DNA of 64,000 nucleotides from Polyangiaceae bacterium (GTDB lineage Bacteria; Myxococcota_A; Polyangia; Polyangiales; Polyangiaceae): NCBI GenBank assembly GCA_044224495.1, contig JBGAKG010000027.1, positions 93,521 to 157,520 of the forward strand, read 5' to 3'. Shown piece by piece: positions 58,841 to 64,000 of this stretch (position 1 is its first letter; each line of letters starts with the position of its first letter). The notes under the pieces were generated by a model. It saw only the letters and a program-made list of their open reading frames with translations, ran no database searches and was not told where the DNA came from. The position numbers and the translations under genes were made by a program.

Positions 58841-59737
58841 TCAGGGCGTCGTCTTCGGCGGCGCGACGATGATCTCGACGCGCCGGTTCTGCGCCCGGCC
58901 GTCGACCGAGGCGTTGCTCGCCACCGGACGATCCTGGCCGATGCCGACCGAGGACACGCGATCCTTCGCGATGCCACGGCTCACGAGGTAGGCGGCGACC
59001 GCATCGGCGCGCTTCTGCGAGAGGTCCTTGTTGTACGACGGCTGGCCCTGCGAGTCGGTGTGACCCTCGACCGTGATCGTCGAGTCCGGGCTCGCCTTGA
59101 TCAGCGCGTCCGCGACTTGGTTGAGCTGCGGCATCGCCGAGCCCTGGACCTCGTACTTGTCGGTCGCGAACAGCACACCGCCCGGGAGCGTGATGATCGT
59201 GCCGCGATCGTCCTTCTTCACGGCCGCGATCTTCTGGATGTCGGCGAGGGCCTGGTCCAGCTTCCGCTCCGCGTCGAGGCGCGCCTTCCGCTCGCGATCG
59301 AGATCGGCCGACGTGCGATTCAACGCGCCCTGAGTGTCCTTGAGGGCGCCCTGGCTCGCTTGGAGCTGATCCTTCGTGCGCGCGAGCTGGGTCGCCTGCG
59401 TGTCGACGATGTCCTTGTTCGCACCGTCGATCGCCATCGCGGCGGCCGCGGTCTGCGCGGTCGCGGTGGCGAGACGCGCCGAGCGATCGGCGAGGTACGC
59501 CGCGTCGCGAGTCGCGACCGAGTCGCCCTCGTCGGCGTAGAGGCTCTCCGCGCGATCGAGCTGCTGCTTGGCGGTGAGGAGCTCGGCCGGCTTCAACGTC
59601 GCCGCCGGGCCCTTCGAGGCCGCCGCGTACTCCTTGCGGGCCGAGACGAGCTCCGGCGGCGGGAGCGCGCTCGCGCACCCGGCGGCGATCACGGTGACGA
59701 GTCCGAGCGAAACGAAGCGAATGGCATGGATGTTCAT
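58841..59737 (-). CDS. OmpA-family lipoprotein
   Basis: Lipobox VIAAGCASA; coiled-coil linker; OmpA C-like domain (TVEGHTDSQG...LSQKRADAV...NRRVEI). Confidence 0.75.
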   Translation of the reverse strand: MNIHAIRFVSLGLVTVIAAGCASALPPPELVSARKEYAAASKGPAATLKPAELLTAKQQLDRAESLYADEGDSVATRDAAYLADRSARLATATAQTAAAAMAIDGANKDIVDTQATQLARTKDQLQASQGALKDTQGALNRTSADLDRERKARLDAERKLDQALADIQKIAAVKKDDRGTIITLPGGVLFATDKYEVQGSAMPQLNQVADALIKASPDSTITVEGHTDSQGQPSYNKDLSQKRADAVAAYLVSRGIAKDRVSSVGIGQDRPVASNASVDGRAQNRRVEIIVAPPKTTP

Positions 59738-59748
59738 GGTCGTCCTCC

Positions 59749-60117
59749 TCACTTGGCGTTCGCGCTCTGGCCGCTCTTGACGGCTTGGACCTTGGCCTGC
59801 GCCTCGGCGGCCGCGCGCTCGGCGGCGACCTTCTTCGCGAGCTGGATCGAGAGCTCGGCGTCCGCCTTGGCGCGGACGAGCTCGCGATCGGCCGAGCCGT
59901 TGTCGCCCTTCGAGATCTTCGTCTTCGCGTCGGCGATCTGGTCGTCCGCCAACTTCAAGTAGAGCGACGCCTGCGGGTCTTGTTGGGCCCCGACTTCCTT
60001 CGCGCTGCGCGAGGCGGCCTCGGCGGCGGCGAGGTGTTCATCCGGGGCAGGAAGCGTACCGCCGCAAGCAGTGATGGCGGCGGCCGCGACGAGCACGATC
60101 GAGATAGTCGTTCGCAT
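59749..60117 (-). CDS. DUF4398-like small lipoprotein (typical partner of OmpA-family protein)
   Basis: Lipobox AAITACGG; helical 122-aa protein immediately upstream of the OmpA-family gene. Confidence 0.55.
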   Translation of the reverse strand: MRTTISIVLVAAAAITACGGTLPAPDEHLAAAEAASRSAKEVGAQQDPQASLYLKLADDQIADAKTKISKGDNGSADRELVRAKADAELSIQLAKKVAAERAAAEAQAKVQAVKSGQSANAK

Positions 60118-60228
60118 GATGGGTCTCCGTGGAGGAGGCCCTTCAGCAAGCGCGGTGCCAGCGCGATTTCCCGATGTTCCAGCGCTGTCGGTGCTCGTCC
60201 GCGTGACGCGCGTGCGCCGCGCGTGGCG

Positions 60229-61089
60229 TTATGCCTCCACCGCGACCGAGCGTTGAACCTCGTGCGCGGGGCCGTGCCACAGGATGCCGAACCGAACGCG
60301 CCAGCTCCGCGCGCGCAAGAGGTCTCGCCCGATCGCCACGTACTCGTGGAACGCGATCACGAACGGGTTGTAGCTCGTGATGTTCTTCGTCAGCCCGTAG
60401 ACGACGCGCGCGTTCTCCTCGGCGAACGTGCCGAACATCCGATCCCACACGATCAACACGCCGCCGTAGTTCTTGTCCAAGTACTCGGGGTTGGAGCCGT
60501 GGTGCACCCGATGGTGCGAGGGCGTGTTGAAGACGAGCTCGATCGGCCGCCAGAGCTTGCCCACGACCTCGGTGTGAATCCCATATTGGTACACGAGGTT
60601 CAGCCCCCCGGAGATCATGATGAGCTTGGGCGACACGCCGAGGAGCGCCCAGGGCGGAAAGAAGAGGAGGCCCCAGATCGGCGTCCACGGCTGGCGGAGC
60701 GCCGTCGTCAGGTTGTAGCGCTCGCTCGAGTGGTGGTTGACGTGGCACGCCCACATCAGGCGGTTCTCGTGCTCGGCGCGATGGTTCCAGTAGAACGAGA
60801 AGTCCCAGCCCACGAGGGCGACCGCCCACCCCAGCGCGCCCTCGCCGAGGTCCAGCAACCGGTGCGCCCAGAGCCACTTCGCGAGCCCGTAGATGCCCGC
60901 GTTGATGACGCCGACCGTCACGAGCGAGCCGAGCCCCATCGCCAGGCTCGCCCAGCTGTCCTTGGTCACGTGGCCCAGCACGTCCCTCCCGCGCGCCTTC
61001 ATGCGGCGCAGCACCACGGCCTCGAGGACGAGCGTCACGAGGAAGAACGGGACGGCGTAGACCGTGGGATCCGGGTAGTCGGGCAGCAC
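60229..61089 (-). CDS. fatty acid hydroxylase/sterol desaturase family membrane protein
   Basis: Three His boxes (HRAEHE, HVNHH, HHRVHH); N-terminal TM helices; GTG start inferred, upstream part of the 904-aa track ORF rejected. Confidence 0.65.
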   Translation of the reverse strand: MLPDYPDPTVYAVPFFLVTLVLEAVVLRRMKARGRDVLGHVTKDSWASLAMGLGSLVTVGVINAGIYGLAKWLWAHRLLDLGEGALGWAVALVGWDFSFYWNHRAEHENRLMWACHVNHHSSERYNLTTALRQPWTPIWGLLFFPPWALLGVSPKLIMISGGLNLVYQYGIHTEVVGKLWRPIELVFNTPSHHRVHHGSNPEYLDKNYGGVLIVWDRMFGTFAEENARVVYGLTKNITSYNPFVIAFHEYVAIGRDLLRARSWRVRFGILWHGPAHEVQRSVAVEA

Positions 61090-61119
61090 GCAACTGGATC
61101 TTAGCGCTATCCTCCTCGC

Positions 61120-63537
61120 GTGCGACGCCCGCAACTCCTCGCCGCGCTCTCTTCGCTCGGGCTCCTCTGCGCGTTCGCGTGCAACTCCGACCCGCCGCCG
61201 GGCGCGATGCGCCGCCCCCTCCGCACGGTGGACCTGGGCGACACGCAGATCGCGACGCTCTACGACGACGGTTCGTGGACGATCACGCGCGACGGCGCGG
61301 AGCTGGTCGGGTCGCCGCCCGGGCGCGCGCTCCTCGCGCGCTGGACCGACGCCGATTCCCCCGATGGCTGGCACGATCCGGAGAAGCCCGATCGAACGCT
61401 CTTCGCCCCCGTCCCGGCAGCGGGCATCACGTTCGAGTCCAACGCGCCGGGCATCCTGCACGTTCACGCGAGCGGGGCGGCGTCGCTCGTCGCGCTCGCG
61501 ACCAGCTTGGGCGACGAGTTCCTCGCCGGTACGGGCGAGCGCTTCGATCACGTCGACCCGCGCGGCCAGATCGTCCCGATGCAGATGGCGCTCGACGGCG
61601 GGAGCGAGAGCGGAACGAACGAGCGCCACGTGCCGATCCCCTTCCTCGTCTCGTCGCGCGGGTGGGGGCTCTTCGTCGAGAGCCGCGAGGCCGGCGCCTT
61701 CGACGTCGGCAAGTCGAGCCCGAGCGTGCTGGACGCCACCTTCGAGGGCGGAGAGCTCGACGCCTGGCTCTTCGTCGCGCGCGATCCGCTCGCGATCGTT
61801 GCGGAATACACAAAACACGTGGGCCTCGCCCGAAAGCTCCCGCGCGAGGCGCTCGCGCCGATGTACTGGCGCAACGTGTGGACGAACGACGTCGAGGCGC
61901 TCGGCGACGCGAACGAGCTCCGCACGCGTCACATCCCGACGACCGCGTTCTGGATCGACAACCCCTGGCAGACCTCTTACAACGACTTCACGCTCGATCC
62001 GGCCCGCTTCGCCGACGCGAAGGCGATGATGGATGGGCTCGCGGCGCAGGGCTTCCGCACGCTGGCGTGGTCGACGCCCTACCTCGACAACCCGCAAGGG
62101 GCGCCGCCCGCGAATCCGGCCCAGACCGCCTTCCTCGAGGCGGAGCAGAAGGGCTTCTTCGTGAAGGACGGCGACGGCAAGCCCTACGCGGCGCCCGGGT
62201 TCGACTCGAAGAAGCGCTTCGGCATGATCGATTTCTCGACCGACGCCGGGCGCACGTTCTGGGCGAAGGCGGCCGGCACCGCGACGGCGTCCGGCTTCTC
62301 GGCCTTCAAGCTGGACTACGGCGAGGATCTCATCCCGAGCTTCTTCTCGACTCGCTTCGAGTTCCGCTTCGGCGACGGCACCACCGGGCGCACCGCGCGC
62401 GCGTACCCGATCGGCTACCACGCCGCCTACCAGCAGGCGCTCGACGCAGCGTCCGGTCACGGCTTCCTGATCGTGCGCGCGTCGAGCTGGGGCGACACGA
62501 AGGGGAACGCGCTCATCATCTGGCCCGGCGACCTCGACAACGGGTTCGAGCGGTTCGGGGACGTGGGTGCGGGCTCGCAGCGCCTCGTCGGTGGGCTCCC
62601 CGCGTGCGTCGTCGCGGCGCAGGCGCTCGCGGTCAGCGGCTTCGGCGCGTTCGGCGCGGACACGGGCGGCTACCGGCACGGGAAGCCCACGAAAGAGGCG
62701 CTGCTCCGGTGGGCCGAGCACTCCGCGCTCTCCGTCGTGCTCCAGCTCGGTGGGGGTGGCGACAACCACGCGCCGTGGACCTACGACGAGGAGACGGCGA
62801 CCCTGTACAAGGCGCTCGCCACGCTCCACCTCGGCTTGGTCCCCTACCTCTCGGCGGCGCTCGCGAGGATGGAGACGGAGGGCGTGCCGACGGTCATCCC
62901 GCTCCCGCTCGCGTTCCCGAGCGACGCAGCAGCGCGCGCCCACGCCGACGACGAGTACCTACTTGGTACCGATCTCCTCGTTGCCCCCGTCATCGATCCG
63001 GGAAAGACCGAGCGCGTGGTCCACTTCCCCGCGGGACACTGGGTGCGCTGGAGCGACGGGACCGCCTTCGACGGGCCGAGCGACGCGACCGTGCCTGCTC
63101 CGCTCGGGACACCCGCGTTCTTCGTCCGCGAAGGCGCGCTCGTGCCGATGTACCCGCCCGGCGTCGACACGCTCGCTCCGGCGACGGCGAACGGCGTCGT
63201 GAGCTTGGCGACGCGGAAGGACGCCGAAGCGCGCGCCATCGTCCACGGCTCCGCGACCGCGTCCTGGGACGACGGCGCGAAGCTCGCGCTCGTCGACGAC
63301 GGCACGAAGCTCGGGCTGACGTTCACGGCCGGCACGCGCGCGACCGAGGCGCTCGTCGATCTGGATCTGCGGCGGCGCAAGGGCGGTCCAGCGGCACCGG
63401 CGAAGGTGGTCGGGGGCGCCGGCGAGCTGCCGAAGCGCGCCTCGCTCGACGACCTGCGCGCCACCCCGGGTCCGGGCTACGTGTTCGTGGGCGAGCGCCT
63501 CTACGCTCGGATCGACGGCACGGTCACGGTGGAGTGA
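61120..63537 (+). CDS. glycoside hydrolase family 31 lipoprotein
   Basis: Lipobox LLCAFACNS; GH31 features (WIDNPW, KLDYGE nucleophile-region-like, IIWPGDLDN). Confidence 0.75.
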   Translation: MRRPQLLAALSSLGLLCAFACNSDPPPGAMRRPLRTVDLGDTQIATLYDDGSWTITRDGAELVGSPPGRALLARWTDADSPDGWHDPEKPDRTLFAPVPAAGITFESNAPGILHVHASGAASLVALATSLGDEFLAGTGERFDHVDPRGQIVPMQMALDGGSESGTNERHVPIPFLVSSRGWGLFVESREAGAFDVGKSSPSVLDATFEGGELDAWLFVARDPLAIVAEYTKHVGLARKLPREALAPMYWRNVWTNDVEALGDANELRTRHIPTTAFWIDNPWQTSYNDFTLDPARFADAKAMMDGLAAQGFRTLAWSTPYLDNPQGAPPANPAQTAFLEAEQKGFFVKDGDGKPYAAPGFDSKKRFGMIDFSTDAGRTFWAKAAGTATASGFSAFKLDYGEDLIPSFFSTRFEFRFGDGTTGRTARAYPIGYHAAYQQALDAASGHGFLIVRASSWGDTKGNALIIWPGDLDNGFERFGDVGAGSQRLVGGLPACVVAAQALAVSGFGAFGADTGGYRHGKPTKEALLRWAEHSALSVVLQLGGGGDNHAPWTYDEETATLYKALATLHLGLVPYLSAALARMETEGVPTVIPLPLAFPSDAAARAHADDEYLLGTDLLVAPVIDPGKTERVVHFPAGHWVRWSDGTAFDGPSDATVPAPLGTPAFFVREGALVPMYPPGVDTLAPATANGVVSLATRKDAEARAIVHGSATASWDDGAKLALVDDGTKLGLTFTAGTRATEALVDLDLRRRKGGPAAPAKVVGGAGELPKRASLDDLRATPGPGYVFVGERLYARIDGTVTVE

Positions 63538-63539
63538 AG

Positions 63540-63914
63540 ATGACGAAGAAGCACGGCCCGCGTTTCGAGAAGCTCTGCGCCGACGCGAAGGCGAAGGTTC
63601 GCGAGTGCACGATCGACGACGTGAAGCGGCGGATGGACGCGGGGGAGGAGCTGCTTCTCATCGACGTTCGCGAGGAGTCGGAGTTCGCCGCCGATCGGCT
63701 CCCGGGCGCGACGCACCTGGGCCGCGGGATCCTCGAGCGCGACATCGAGGCGAAGGTGCCGGAGCTCGACCGTGAGATCGTCCTCTACTGCGGCGGTGGG
63801 TACCGCTCGGCCCTGGCCGCCGAGTCGCTCGGGAAGATGGGCTATACCCGCGTGATCTCGATGGATGGCGGCATCCGCGCCTGGCGCGCGGCGGGGTACC
63901 CCCTCCACCGCTGA
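63540..63914 (+). CDS. rhodanese-like domain protein
   Basis: LIDVREESEF...IVLYCGGGYRS active-site Cys loop. Confidence 0.7.
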   Translation: MTKKHGPRFEKLCADAKAKVRECTIDDVKRRMDAGEELLLIDVREESEFAADRLPGATHLGRGILERDIEAKVPELDREIVLYCGGGYRSALAAESLGKMGYTRVISMDGGIRAWRAAGYPLHR

Positions 63915-63954
63915 CACGGTGAATCGATCCGCGGCTCGTCCGTCCATCGCGCGG

Positions 63955-64000
63955 ATGAGACTCCTTCTCGTCGCCGTGGTCGCGCTGCTCGCCGGGTGCG
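63955..64000 (+). CDS. 5' end of a lipoprotein gene (truncated by window end)
   Basis: MRLLLVAVVALLAGC lipobox. Confidence 0.3.
   Translation, partial: MRLLLVAVVALLAGC

Noticed and set aside
60229-62943. 904-aa minus ORF
   Set aside because: Only the C-terminal 286 residues (sterol-desaturase family) are coding. Upstream part is antisense to the GH31 gene.

Overview
This is a very GC-rich (~70%) chromosomal segment that looks myxobacterial. It carries a MYXO-CTERM sorting-signal protein, many lipobox lipoproteins and Cys-rich secreted proteins, and an RTX-like calcium-binding lipoprotein. Coding density is high on both strands. Many long Arg/Ala-rich ORFs in the track are antisense or alternate-frame shadows of real genes. 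The track prints GTG/TTG starts as M, so several real starts are GTG.

Recognisable housekeeping and enzyme genes include pdxH, a BNR-repeat lipoprotein overlapping a GH43 lipoprotein, an OPT oligopeptide transporter, creatininase, a hybrid sensor kinase, a membrane Ser/Thr kinase next to a WD40 propeller, two SAM methyltransferases, an SthA-like flavoprotein, a Rieske-FAD reductase fusion, lipoprotein-type KatG, RNase H, an alpha/beta hydrolase, a small Fsa-type transaldolase, a Mur-ligase-family protein, an atypical radical SAM protein, a DUF4398/OmpA lipoprotein pair, a sterol-desaturase/fatty-acid-hydroxylase family protein, GH31 and rhodanese.

The standout feature is a bacterial homolog of the eukaryotic major vault protein (MVP repeats, shoulder and cap-helix regions) at 31004-32998. 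It sits in a tight same-strand cluster with two HDOD proteins and the SthA-like oxidoreductase. Also notable are a GMC flavoprotein dehydrogenase translationally coupled (GTGA overlap) to a tetraheme cytochrome c lipoprotein, a Kunitz/BPTI-like lipoprotein at the end of a coupled operon, and a di-iron ferritin-like lipoprotein paired with a lysophospholipid acyltransferase. There are several in-frame tandem coding repeats and a set of 11-bp-phased direct repeats in a divergent promoter. No rRNA, tRNA, CRISPR array or obvious transposase was found. Coordinates derived by codon counting from track ORF ends should be exact; features located by reading the sequence directly may be off by 1-2 nt.
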